Source: a virus
IMG/VR virus record: IMGVR_UViG_3300022927_000008
Location: 1-64,000 of that record
Direction: 5' to 3' (one strand)
DNA length: 64,000 nt
The notes under the pieces are model-generated. The model worked only from the letters and a program-made list of their open reading frames with translations. It did not search any database and was not told the origin of the DNA. Both the position numbers and the translations under genes were made by a program. This document shows, one piece after another, positions 38,235 to 47,031 of the stretch (positions are counted from its first letter, which is position 1; every line of letters begins with the position of its first letter).

Positions 38235-40730
38235 TTAAACATAAGCTTCTAAATAGAATTCACTCATGCCTGAGTGGTTTTCACAATAGGTGTATAGTTT
38301 GGGTTTGTACTCTACCTCAAATCCATTCAAGTTAGATACTATAACATCTGTATATGAACCTGAAGTACCTGGGGTACCTACAGTTGTAACGTCTGTGGTG
38401 TACTCAACTCCACCTCCATGGGTACCATCTAGTGTTTCTGAGAATTTTAGTGGGTGACCCGTATTACTAGCATCACTCTGATCAAACCTGTATGTTAGGG
38501 TAGGAGTATATAGAGGATCGTAATTATCATAAGGTTGAATTTCTGATATGGGGAGGAAAACACTCGATGACATTACAAATTGACTTCCACTTACAGTTAC
38601 TTGTATGGGTACTTGTGTTATTCTATTAGCAGCTATAGAACCAGTTTCTAATATATCTATGTTTCCAGGCATTGACCATCCTCTACTTAATAAAGTTTCA
38701 TACGCCTGGTGGTTTGAGCTTCCACTAATAAGGGTTACACCTGTGCTATTAGAATAATTGGCAAACCATTTACGGAAATCTGCAAGATTTATGAAGTCAG
38801 TATCGTTCCAATATATGGGAGTGTCATAAGGAACAGTATTTCCATTCCCATTATTTCTTTTATCTAGGGATAATGAGGGAGTAGCACCCAAACTTATTTT
38901 ATAACCACTACTTGCATCTGACATATTCACATTAGATGCTGAACCTGAGGCCCACGCTTTAAGAGTTTCAAAGAAATCAGTATGGGACATAGCTACATGG
39001 TTAAATATGCTCTGCATATTTACTCCATCCTTTAAATTCCAGTTGGTAAGTCTTTCCTTAAAACCTGACCCACCAAACATATAACCCATACTGCTTATAT
39101 TACTTACATCCCAGTTATTAAACTGTGTATTATGTTGAAAAGCACTATTATTAAAAAACATAAGAGTTGTAGTGGTTACACTACTCAGATCCCAATTACT
39201 TAAGTCTGAGGAAAGAAAATGTCCAGTATTCTGGAATGCATATATTGTGGTCATAAACATTTGATACATAGTGGTTACATTACTTACGTCCCACTTACCT
39301 ATATCACCAGGATCACCTATCATACCTCCACTATAATTACCAAACATAGTAGACATATTGGTTACATTACTTGTATCCCAGTTGCCCAAATCATTTTGCT
39401 TGATATCTTTCCCCAACAAAAAACTCCCTCTAAACATCTCACTCATATTTGTTATATGACTTGTGTCCCAAGTACTCATATTAAGAGGGGTTAAATCTAT
39501 TAACTGTGCATCTCTAAATAAGCTACGAAATGATGTAAACTTGGAAATGTCTAAATAATGGAGTCTCCTTATTTTTCCATTATAAAAACTCCAAATGTTA
39601 CCACCCGCTAAAGGATTTCCATATATTTTAACAGATTGTGTTACAGGTGTCCAGTTATACCAATCATTAAAACGTGTTCCCCATGGAAATAATCCATTAC
39701 TTGAAGTAATAGGAGTTTCTTGGGCGTATCTATAATAAGTATTTCTAGAATACTCAGGACGAGGATAATAAGTATCAGGCTCAGGAATAAAAGGAACCCA
39801 ACTTTCAGGTACTAAATGTTCTATATCATATGCGTGATTCCATACTTTATCATTAACATAGGCAGAACCAGATTCTACACTCCATCTTGATGAGCTATCA
39901 GTACTTGAGTAAGGTATAGAATAACGAGTAGTAGTATAAAAGTGACCGTTATTTACTTGTGGGTAACCCTGGGGGCCTGAGTAATTGTTTATGTTTCCAT
40001 CTCCCCAATCAACTCTTATAGGTTCTTCTAAATCCCAAGTAATAGGTAATTTAAGCTCTCGAAGTTTTGAAGAATAAGCTTCGGTAGCATAATCATCATA
40101 TCCTGAACGTATAGAACCGCTTACTACACTAAGATAATTATCATCTGTGTTAAATACAAAGTTTTTTAATTTTTGAGTTTGAAGGTCAAAATCATCCCCA
40201 TAAGGTAATCCATTTACCCATGTATCAGGTTGGGGTAGGGGGGTTTGATCAAAATTATTTTGATAGTAAGCGCTAGTCCATGCGTTTGTTGACCATGCTG
40301 GGTCATCACTAAATGTCCATTTATTTATTGTGAATGGTTGGGGTAATTCACTTTCAAGACCTGGGGTATAATTAGAGGGGGGGTTACTGTAGCTAAGCCC
40401 TAGTGCACGATCCCAATACATTTCTGTTGGGTGGATATCCATTTCAAGGAATAGAGATAAGGCTCCTCCACCTCTTGCTCCACTAGGGCCTATACTCCTT
40501 TTAGGACCCCCACCTCCACCTCCACCTCCACCTGCTGCAGCAGCAGCAGATGCTACACTAGGAGATACAGTATTTATAGTATTTAGGGTTTGTAGATTAC
40601 TATAGTAATTCTCAAAAAGCAACTGCTCCTGCATGTACCTTTTCCTGGCTTCCATAATAGGGAGACCCTTTATATCTTTTCTTTGGAGAAATACTAGCCA
40701 TTCTCCTGGGGGTTGGATTGGTTTCCACAT
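38235..40730 (-). CDS. fibre-like protein B: anchor + PKD-like + DUF285 repeats + C-terminal cupredoxin-like domain
   Basis: VDWGDG; WDTSNVTNMSTMF repeats; GHP..YCENHSGM. Confidence 0.75.
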   Translation of the reverse strand: MWKPIQPPGEWLVFLQRKDIKGLPIMEARKRYMQEQLLFENYYSNLQTLNTINTVSPSVASAAAAAGGGGGGGGGPKRSIGPSGARGGGALSLFLEMDIHPTEMYWDRALGLSYSNPPSNYTPGLESELPQPFTINKWTFSDDPAWSTNAWTSAYYQNNFDQTPLPQPDTWVNGLPYGDDFDLQTQKLKNFVFNTDDNYLSVVSGSIRSGYDDYATEAYSSKLRELKLPITWDLEEPIRVDWGDGNINNYSGPQGYPQVNNGHFYTTTRYSIPYSSTDSSSRWSVESGSAYVNDKVWNHAYDIEHLVPESWVPFIPEPDTYYPRPEYSRNTYYRYAQETPITSSNGLFPWGTRFNDWYNWTPVTQSVKIYGNPLAGGNIWSFYNGKIRRLHYLDISKFTSFRSLFRDAQLIDLTPLNMSTWDTSHITNMSEMFRGSFLLGKDIKQNDLGNWDTSNVTNMSTMFGNYSGGMIGDPGDIGKWDVSNVTTMYQMFMTTIYAFQNTGHFLSSDLSNWDLSSVTTTTLMFFNNSAFQHNTQFNNWDVSNISSMGYMFGGSGFKERLTNWNLKDGVNMQSIFNHVAMSHTDFFETLKAWASGSASNVNMSDASSGYKISLGATPSLSLDKRNNGNGNTVPYDTPIYWNDTDFINLADFRKWFANYSNSTGVTLISGSSNHQAYETLLSRGWSMPGNIDILETGSIAANRITQVPIQVTVSGSQFVMSSSVFLPISEIQPYDNYDPLYTPTLTYRFDQSDASNTGHPLKFSETLDGTHGGGVEYTTDVTTVGTPGTSGSYTDVIVSNLNGFEVEYKPKLYTYCENHSGMSEFYLEAYV

Positions 40731-40743
40731 AATTTTGTATTTT

Positions 40744-41031
40744 TTAGATTAGGATATCATTTATACTAATAGTTCTATTTCCATCAGACCATGTCCCTAA
40801 TTCTTGTAATTCTTCTATTTCCAACATAGGAGGAAGGAGAGGATCTTTCCAAACTTGACCTAGCTCTTCTACTCGATTTTTTAATTCTTCTTTAGTAGAA
40901 AATCTTTCCATATAAGGTTGGCCTGAATCAATACTATCCCCAATTTCTGAATATCCATAGTGGAATATGTTAGAATTATTGTGAGTTAAATAATAGGTAT
41001 CTTCGTTTTTTTCTATATGATGATGTGACAT
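40744..41031 (-). CDS. small partner protein A
   Basis: MSHHHIEK..HYGYS..GQP.ME.F.T.EELKNRVEELG. Confidence 0.8.
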   Translation of the reverse strand: MSHHHIEKNEDTYYLTHNNSNIFHYGYSEIGDSIDSGQPYMERFSTKEELKNRVEELGQVWKDPLLPPMLEIEELQELGTWSDGNRTISINDILI

Positions 41032-41045
41032 TTTATTTTATTTTA

Positions 41046-43556
41046 TTAAATATAAGCTTCTAAATAGAATTCACTCATGCCTGAGTGGTTTTCACAATAA
41101 GCATACAACTTAGGCTTATGTTCCACCTCAAATCCATTCAAGTTAGATACTATAACATCTGTATATGAACCTGAAGTACCTGGGGTACCTACAGTTGTAA
41201 CGTCTGTGGTGTACTCAACTCCACCTCCATGAGTACCATCTAGTGTTTCTGAAAGTTTTAAGGGATGACCAGTATTACTTGGGTCACTTTGATCAAATCT
41301 ATATGTTAGAGTAGGAGTATATAGAGGATCATATAAGTCATAAGGTTGAATTTCACTTATAGGTGTCCAATAAGAAGAAGACATAATATACTGGCTTCCA
41401 CTTACTAATACTTTTATGGGTAGTTGGGTTAACCGGTTTGAGGCAATAGAACCTGTATCTAATATATCGTGGTTTCCCATAATCCATCCTTTATCTAGCA
41501 AAGTTTCATATGCTTGGTGATTTATACTTCCACTAATGAGAGTTATACCCGTACCACGGACATTATTACCGAACCAAGCTTGGAAATCTTTATAATTTAT
41601 AGCCTCTGTATCTTGGGGAAAGTGTTGAGTACCTTGAGAAAGGATTGCTGGGTACGATGAAGGGATCCCATCAGGTGCTCCCAATCCTTCTGAAATTTCC
41701 GCTGAAGTTCTCTTAGTGTAAGTACGTGTATATAACTTACCAATATTGGTGGGGTAATAAGAGCTATGAGTATCTACATCAACCGCAGAACTACTAGCCC
41801 ATGCCCTAAGTGTAGCCCAATAATTAGTATGAGATATAGAAGAATCACCACACCACCTTTCCCAATTTGTTCCTGAACCCGGAACCCAATTAGTTAAAGC
41901 TTGGTTAAATGAAGTGCCCACAAATACGTAATAACCTGTTGAACCACTTATGTTCCAATTATTAAAGTTTGTGTTGTGTTGAAAAGCCCCATTATAATAA
42001 AACATCATAGATATGTTTTGGGCATTACCCATATTCCAATTGCTTAAATCCGCGTTATGATTAGTGTTAAACCAACGGGCACCGCCATTGACCAGGAACA
42101 TACCGCTAAAATTGGTACCACTACTAACATCCCACCCTCCTATTTCAGGTTGGGAGGTATCAGGTTCAGTGCTTTGCGCTCGAAACATACTATCAAAATT
42201 GGTTACATTTGAAGTATCCCAATTAGACAAATTATTTTCCTTAATGCCTTTACCTAATGTAAATCTAGAGTTATAGAACATTCGATACATACTTGTTATG
42301 TTGCTAGTATCCCAAGCAGCTATATTAAGGGGAGTTATATCAACTCCTAACGTATACCAAAACAACGAGCTGAATGAAGTGCGGTTTGATATATCAAGAT
42401 AATTTATTCTTCTCAACCCACCATAAGCTGGGTTATATGAATTAGGGTTACTTGCAGGATTAGGATCTCCATACACTTTAATATTAGTATTAGTATTGGT
42501 CCAATCCCACCAGTTATTCCAAGGACTCCCCCAAGGGAAATTACCATTACTTGAGGTAATTGCGGGTTCCATAGCGAACCTTGAATATCTATTATCTGAA
42601 GAATAAGACCTAGGTGTATATACAGGGTCAGGGATATGGGGGATCCACTCTTCGGGCACCAAGTGCTCTAAATCGTACCAATGATCCAGAGGGGTTTGAT
42701 TGTAAACGTTACTAGAGGCCGCTTCAGCAGTCCATACACTGGAGGTATCTGATACTTGTTCAATTTGCCAAGGTCCCAACTCCCTTGTATATGTACCTGC
42801 AGGATAGTCATTTACATTCCCATCCCCCCAATCAATCCTTATAGGATTTTCTAAAGTACTAGGCATTCCTGCATAGTATTTTCTTACAGAATCCACTGAG
42901 TTGTTCCTAAAGCTATCCATGTAAGAGGGGACACCATCATACATATACTCTGTGTAGTATTTACCTGGCCCACCACTAGCATCTTTATACATGGTAGTGA
43001 GTAAATCAAGAGATCCCGAACTCCAGTTGGGCATACCATTAGATCCCCATAAATCTATAGTTGGGAACCTACTAGAGCTATAAGAAGGAACAGCAGTCAT
43101 GGTACTCTCATTCCAACCAGGATTCCACATATAATCGTGGTTAGTGCCTACCTCCGCATAAGGATACTTCCATTCATAAATACTTTGTGAGGGGTATATT
43201 TCCATATACAATGTAGGATCCCTCATATCTATAAGCTTGGTGAGGACGGAAGAGGCTCCTAGATCATATACCCCATCAAAAAATAGAGGTAAGGGTCCTC
43301 CACCTCTTGCTCCACTAGGGCCTATACTCTTTTTAGGACCTCCACCTCCACCTCCACCTGCTGCAGCAGCAGCAGATGCTACACTAGGAGATACAGTATT
43401 TATAGTATTTAGGGTTTGTAGATTGCTATAATAGTTTTCAAATAGGAGTTGCTCCTCCATATATTTTTTTCTGGCTTCCATGATGGGAAGTCCTTTTATA
43501 TCTTTTCTTTTTAAGAACTGAGGCCAGGGCTCAGGTTGGTATATTGGTTTCCACAT
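41046..43556 (-). CDS. fibre-like protein A: anchor + PKD-like + DUF285 repeats + C-terminal cupredoxin-like domain
   Basis: IDWGDG; WDTSNVTNFDSMF repeats; GHP..YCENHSGM. Confidence 0.75.
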   Translation of the reverse strand: MWKPIYQPEPWPQFLKRKDIKGLPIMEARKKYMEEQLLFENYYSNLQTLNTINTVSPSVASAAAAAGGGGGGGPKKSIGPSGARGGGPLPLFFDGVYDLGASSVLTKLIDMRDPTLYMEIYPSQSIYEWKYPYAEVGTNHDYMWNPGWNESTMTAVPSYSSSRFPTIDLWGSNGMPNWSSGSLDLLTTMYKDASGGPGKYYTEYMYDGVPSYMDSFRNNSVDSVRKYYAGMPSTLENPIRIDWGDGNVNDYPAGTYTRELGPWQIEQVSDTSSVWTAEAASSNVYNQTPLDHWYDLEHLVPEEWIPHIPDPVYTPRSYSSDNRYSRFAMEPAITSSNGNFPWGSPWNNWWDWTNTNTNIKVYGDPNPASNPNSYNPAYGGLRRINYLDISNRTSFSSLFWYTLGVDITPLNIAAWDTSNITSMYRMFYNSRFTLGKGIKENNLSNWDTSNVTNFDSMFRAQSTEPDTSQPEIGGWDVSSGTNFSGMFLVNGGARWFNTNHNADLSNWNMGNAQNISMMFYYNGAFQHNTNFNNWNISGSTGYYVFVGTSFNQALTNWVPGSGTNWERWCGDSSISHTNYWATLRAWASSSAVDVDTHSSYYPTNIGKLYTRTYTKRTSAEISEGLGAPDGIPSSYPAILSQGTQHFPQDTEAINYKDFQAWFGNNVRGTGITLISGSINHQAYETLLDKGWIMGNHDILDTGSIASNRLTQLPIKVLVSGSQYIMSSSYWTPISEIQPYDLYDPLYTPTLTYRFDQSDPSNTGHPLKLSETLDGTHGGGVEYTTDVTTVGTPGTSGSYTDVIVSNLNGFEVEHKPKLYAYCENHSGMSEFYLEAYI

Positions 43557-43581
43557 TTATTTATTTTTTTAATTTTTTTAA

Positions 43582-44715
43582 TTAAGGTATTGGAACTACA
43601 TTAAGAAGTTTTCCTATGCTAACAACTTCACCCGAAACCCATTCCCCTGTTCCTGGGTCTATTCCTTTCCATACATCATCATAAGTAGAAGGTCCTACAA
43701 CACCGCTAAAGGAGTTCAAATCAAATAATAACCAACCACCACTGCCAGGATCCCAAGCCATTAAAAAGTTATTACCACCAGCTTGATCTCTATACTCCAA
43801 TACATCAACGAGGCTAGGGTTACTACTTAACGTGAAGACGTCGGCGGAGGTGACTTGCCAATTGGCTGTCTCAAAATTAGGACTCAAACTAGAACCCGGA
43901 GCTAAAACTACTTGGAGAGTTCTCAAATCAAGATCTCCCCTTATAACCTTTGCCCAATCTACACCAAAAAATTCACTAGATGGGGTTAGATTTTTAGTTG
44001 TTATAAATATATGTGCACTCTGCCAAGTTTCAGTCCCAACCTGATCTAATTGTGAAGACCCTATCATTTCGTTTGGATTGAAGAAGTTGTCACCATCAAC
44101 GTAGACATAAGGACGATAATAACTAGTACCTGTGAAGGGTCTAAAATCTTCATAATCCCAATCTTTATAATCTAAATCAGTGGGGAGTATATACCAATAA
44201 CCATTAAAATCAGGTCCACCTATCCAATCACCAGCTCCATCTCTTCTACCCAACTTAAATACAGTCGTTCCATCTACATCATCAGAAAATAATGGGAATC
44301 CAATCTGAGGTGTATACCCAGGATACTCAGGTGCATTAAAGAATGTAGTAGTTTCATTTAATACCCCTGCTTTAATATCCGTAAGAAGGGGATCACCTAA
44401 TCTATCAGTTGTAGATGTAAAGTTAACCCAATAGTAAGTCTTGCTACCACCCTCAACAAATTGATATTTACCCCCAGGTCCAGGTCCAGGTCCAGGTCCG
44501 GGTCCAGGTCCAGGGGTTGAGGAAGGAAGGGGACCCCCTCCTCCCGCACTGGGGGATGAAACATTTAAGGTTTGTAAAGTACTTACGTAATTCTCAAATA
44601 ATAATTGTTCTTCAAGATACCTTTTACGTACTTCCATTATAGGTACTCCTATATTCTCTTTCCTCTTTACATACTGAGGCCAAGGCTCAGGAGGATTTGT
44701 TGGCATATTCCACAT
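43582..44715 (-). CDS. fibre-like protein with same N-terminal anchor, (PG)n linker and unrelated body
   Basis: PPEPWPQYVKRK..PIMEVRKRYLEEQLLFENY; PGPGPGPGPGPGPG. Confidence 0.75.
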   Translation of the reverse strand: MWNMPTNPPEPWPQYVKRKENIGVPIMEVRKRYLEEQLLFENYVSTLQTLNVSSPSAGGGGPLPSSTPGPGPGPGPGPGPGGKYQFVEGGSKTYYWVNFTSTTDRLGDPLLTDIKAGVLNETTTFFNAPEYPGYTPQIGFPLFSDDVDGTTVFKLGRRDGAGDWIGGPDFNGYWYILPTDLDYKDWDYEDFRPFTGTSYYRPYVYVDGDNFFNPNEMIGSSQLDQVGTETWQSAHIFITTKNLTPSSEFFGVDWAKVIRGDLDLRTLQVVLAPGSSLSPNFETANWQVTSADVFTLSSNPSLVDVLEYRDQAGGNNFLMAWDPGSGGWLLFDLNSFSGVVGPSTYDDVWKGIDPGTGEWVSGEVVSIGKLLNVVPIP

Positions 44716-44726
44716 TTGTTTATTTT

Positions 44727-45002
44727 TTAATTATTTTCTTTCCAAAACCCCACTATAGCGTCTAAAAGATTCTCAATCCCCTGGTCATTTAAGGTGGGGG
44801 AAGATACTTTAAGCCCTTCTCTAACAATAGGTATTAACCTTTTATCATTCCAAAGTCCATTATCATTAACTATAGTAGTAGCCTGCTCCTGCGTAACTTC
44901 ACTATGATTGGCCACTATGTAAGTTGCCATCTCATCTTTATTATGGGTTTTTACTTGGGGATTTTCACTAGAAACCACCAAGTATTTTGTTAATTCACTC
45001 AT
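44727..45002 (-). CDS. late hypothetical protein heading the fibre-like operon
   Basis: ATATTTAT at 45021-45028. Confidence 0.65.
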   Translation of the reverse strand: MSELTKYLVVSSENPQVKTHNKDEMATYIVANHSEVTQEQATTIVNDNGLWNDKRLIPIVREGLKVSSPTLNDQGIENLLDAIVGFWKENN

Positions 45003-45020
45003 TTTTACTTTTATTTATTT

Positions 45021-45028
45021 ATAAATAT
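45021..45028 (-). promoter_or_regulatory. putative late promoter ATATTTAT
   Basis: directly after terminator, before operon. Confidence 0.65.
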
Positions 45029-45033
45029 ATACT

Positions 45034-45060
45034 AAAAAAGGAGACCCGTCAAGGTCTCCT
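45034..45060 (-). terminator. intrinsic terminator
   Basis: AGGAGACC-N6-GGTCTCCT hairpin followed by T-run on minus strand. Confidence 0.8.
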
Positions 45061-45087
45061 AGTTATATTTTATTAAACTTAACCAAG

Positions 45088-45264
45088 TTATTTACTAAAT
45101 AACTCTTTAATAAAGTGGTATACTACAAATATCCCTATAATGGGCCAAAATACCCACAATACCAAACGTTCCCAGAAGTTAAAGCTTAGATCCATAAGTT
45201 TACCAAAGTGTTCCATTAGGAATCCAAAGCAAACACCAAGTAAGATATATTCTAGTATGCCCAT
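45088..45264 (-). CDS. small membrane protein (58 aa, not in ORF track)
   Basis: MGILEYILLGVCFG..LWVFWPII, two hydrophobic helices. Confidence 0.55.
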   Translation of the reverse strand: MGILEYILLGVCFGFLMEHFGKLMDLSFNFWERLVLWVFWPIIGIFVVYHFIKELFSK

Positions 45265-45313
45265 TGTATATATGGATTAGGGGAGGGGGGTGGGTAATTA
45301 AAAGCTTGCTTAA

Positions 45314-45490
45314 TTAATACTCGTAGGAATCATCTCCATATTCATCCCAATTGTCGTTAAGTTCCCTTTCGGAAATAATATCAACAAAATCTTCAAACTC
45401 ATCTCCATACGAGTCATCGATCATTTCGGGGTTAATACCTTCTTTTTTAATTTGCTCACGAAGAGCGTCATTTTTAGGATCAAAGTGCAT
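45314..45490 (-). CDS. small acidic protein
   Basis: MHFDPK..; D/E-rich. Confidence 0.5.
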   Translation of the reverse strand: MHFDPKNDALREQIKKEGINPEMIDDSYGDEFEDFVDIISERELNDNWDEYGDDSYEY

Positions 45491-45812
45491 TTCCTCTTCT
45501 TTTTTTAAATTCACGTGGGTCAATATCATCAACAAAGGCTAATTTTCCAACTTCTACATTTGACGAATTTATGACTTTATTCGTTCCATACATATAAACA
45601 GGTCCATCGTAATCTTTGTATGTGCTTGTAACATTTTCATTATCCTTAATATCACCTTCCAAATGTAGGATTCTACGCTTGCCTACAAAACTTCTAAACT
45701 CATTTGGTGTAACTCGGTGCCACCTATCTAAACCAGGTGAAAACACCTCACAACACAGGTGTTCAGGGAATGGAAACTTAAGTTTTACAGTGTTACCTTT
45801 TTTTTCAGACAT
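45480..45812 (-). CDS. hypothetical protein
   Basis: W.RVTPNEFRSF.G.RRI..YDGPVY. Confidence 0.65.
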   Translation of the reverse strand: MSEKKGNTVKLKFPFPEHLCCEVFSPGLDRWHRVTPNEFRSFVGKRRILHLEGDIKDNENVTSTYKDYDGPVYMYGTNKVINSSNVEVGKLAFVDDIDPREFKKRRGNAL

Positions 45813-46336
45813 TCAATTGTTTCTTTTGCGGATGTGTGTAATATACCAATTCCTCCTTTAGATTCCCACTGCTCAATGTTATCTTTTCGATCATCAATCA
45901 AAATGTGAGAAGGAGCAGCATACTTTTGCTTGTTATGGGAATAAGCCAAATTCAACTTAACTCCTAACTTGTGGTTTCTAACCCACAACCGCTTACCTAA
46001 CCGTGAGTGTTCTGCTCTTGAAGGGGAGGAAAGCAACTCAACGTAGAAGTTTTCAGTAATAAATTTAAATAGTTCCTTACCATCTTCCATCCAATCCATT
46101 CCTACCCAAAAACCTACTCCTCTACCATCAATAAGTTCCCAAAACTCATCTTTACCGTTTTTTTCAGTAAACTTTTTGGGACCCCAAGGGTGAATTTCGC
46201 TAAACTGCTTATCAAAGTCAGTAAGCACTCCATCCATATCACAATAGATCTTGGGCCGAAACTCTTTCGATACCGTAAGTGCTTCCTCTTCGGATAGCTC
46301 CAAACTGTTCATTGTTGTAAATTGGTTTTGCTTCAT
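45785..46336 (-). CDS. HAD-family 5'(3')-deoxyribonucleotidase
   Basis: IYCDMDGVLTDF, LSSP, GK..W, LIDDR..NIEQW..KGG.GILH; start uncertain. Confidence 0.85.
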   Translation of the reverse strand: MKQNQFTTMNSLELSEEEALTVSKEFRPKIYCDMDGVLTDFDKQFSEIHPWGPKKFTEKNGKDEFWELIDGRGVGFWVGMDWMEDGKELFKFITENFYVELLSSPSRAEHSRLGKRLWVRNHKLGVKLNLAYSHNKQKYAAPSHILIDDRKDNIEQWESKGGIGILHTSAKETIECLKKKVTL

Positions 46337-46481
46337 TTATATCTTCACTAAAATATGGATACCCTCTCCTCAATCCGGCAAACACCCTTGCATACTCATC
46401 TATTACATAAAATGGGCGTTTGCGTTCTTCTGCTATTTTAAGGTCGATCTCGTTCTCCTGGCGCCTCAGGTCGATGTACAT
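46239..46481 (-). CDS. hypothetical protein overlapping HAD gene
   Basis: ORF fills the gap; overlaps both neighbours. Confidence 0.45.
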   Translation of the reverse strand: MYIDLRRQENEIDLKIAEERKRPFYVIDEYARVFAGLRRGYPYFSEDINEAKPIYNNEQFGAIRRGSTYGIERVSAQDLL

Positions 46482-46638
46482 AATTCTGGGATTTACGTTG
46501 GATTTCTTCTGCTATAAACCTTATATGCTGGAGGTGGGTAAATACTTCCTCAGTAACTTCAGAGAAGTGTTTGCGGTCAATTTCATTGAGTTGGTTAAGG
46601 ATGTATTGTGCTTCCTTATAGATCTTATTCCTCTCCAT
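46438..46638 (-). CDS. hypothetical protein
   Basis: coupled ORF. Confidence 0.5.
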   Translation of the reverse strand: MERNKIYKEAQYILNQLNEIDRKHFSEVTEEVFTHLQHIRFIAEEIQRKSQNYVHRPEAPGERDRP

Positions 46639-46855
46639 CGAGCATCAGATTATTGTTTTCTAAAAAATACCAGAAACGTTCGAGCCATAGGGCAATTCGT
46701 ACGTCATCAATGGTGTCGTCAAATTTAGCACCTTCAGCACGGGCATCTGCTACTTTCATGATACCGAAGTCAGCTAGATCACGTGCTTTGTCTTCATCAC
46801 CACGTGCTAGTGCTTCACGTGCGTTTGCGTAACAATCAGAGACTGTCATTTTCAT
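46625..46855 (-). CDS. hypothetical protein
   Basis: start moved to MKMTVSDC. Confidence 0.55.
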   Translation of the reverse strand: MKMTVSDCYANAREALARGDEDKARDLADFGIMKVADARAEGAKFDDTIDDVRIALWLERFWYFLENNNLMLDGEE

Positions 46856-46970
46856 TTTTATGTTTTGTTTTACGGGTATATTTACTTTTGTCAGTATGTA
46901 CCTTATTAGAGGGTTGGCGGAAATATTTACCCTCAGGTACACTAGCGTTTATGTTTTTCCGCTTTTTCAT
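46836..46970 (-). CDS. 44-aa basic protein with ArfA-like C-terminal motif (not in ORF track)
   Basis: MKKRKNINASVPEGKYFRQPSNKVHTDKSKYTRKTKHKNENDSL; ATG 7 nt after -7 element. Confidence 0.6.
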   Translation of the reverse strand: MKKRKNINASVPEGKYFRQPSNKVHTDKSKYTRKTKHKNENDSL

Positions 46971-46977
46971 GCACCAT

Positions 46978-47031
46978 AAAGATACGAAAGTTCCCGGCAA
47001 AAACCACATTTTCATATGACGGGATTATGAA
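46978..47031 (-). promoter_or_regulatory. early promoter cassette
   Basis: TTCAT-N6-GTCAT..TGTGG..TCGTATCTTT. Confidence 0.75.

Larger units (their letters stand above)
37900..43556. repeat. tandem ~2.82-kb duplication (large gene + partner) with near-identical ends and divergent cores
   Basis: equivalent starts 37908/40730/43556 and 38215/41031; identical junction sequences. Confidence 0.85.

Noticed and set aside
38235-41340. Near-identical 3' ends of fibre genes as a DGR template/variable repeat pair
   Set aside because: Differences are mostly synonymous and not adenine-restricted, both copies are in intact genes, and no reverse transcriptase is visible.
35939-43556. Large+small gene pairs as toxin-immunity modules
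   Set aside because: C-termini of A and B are conserved rather than polymorphic, no toxin motif is visible, and the small proteins are paralogs of one family.
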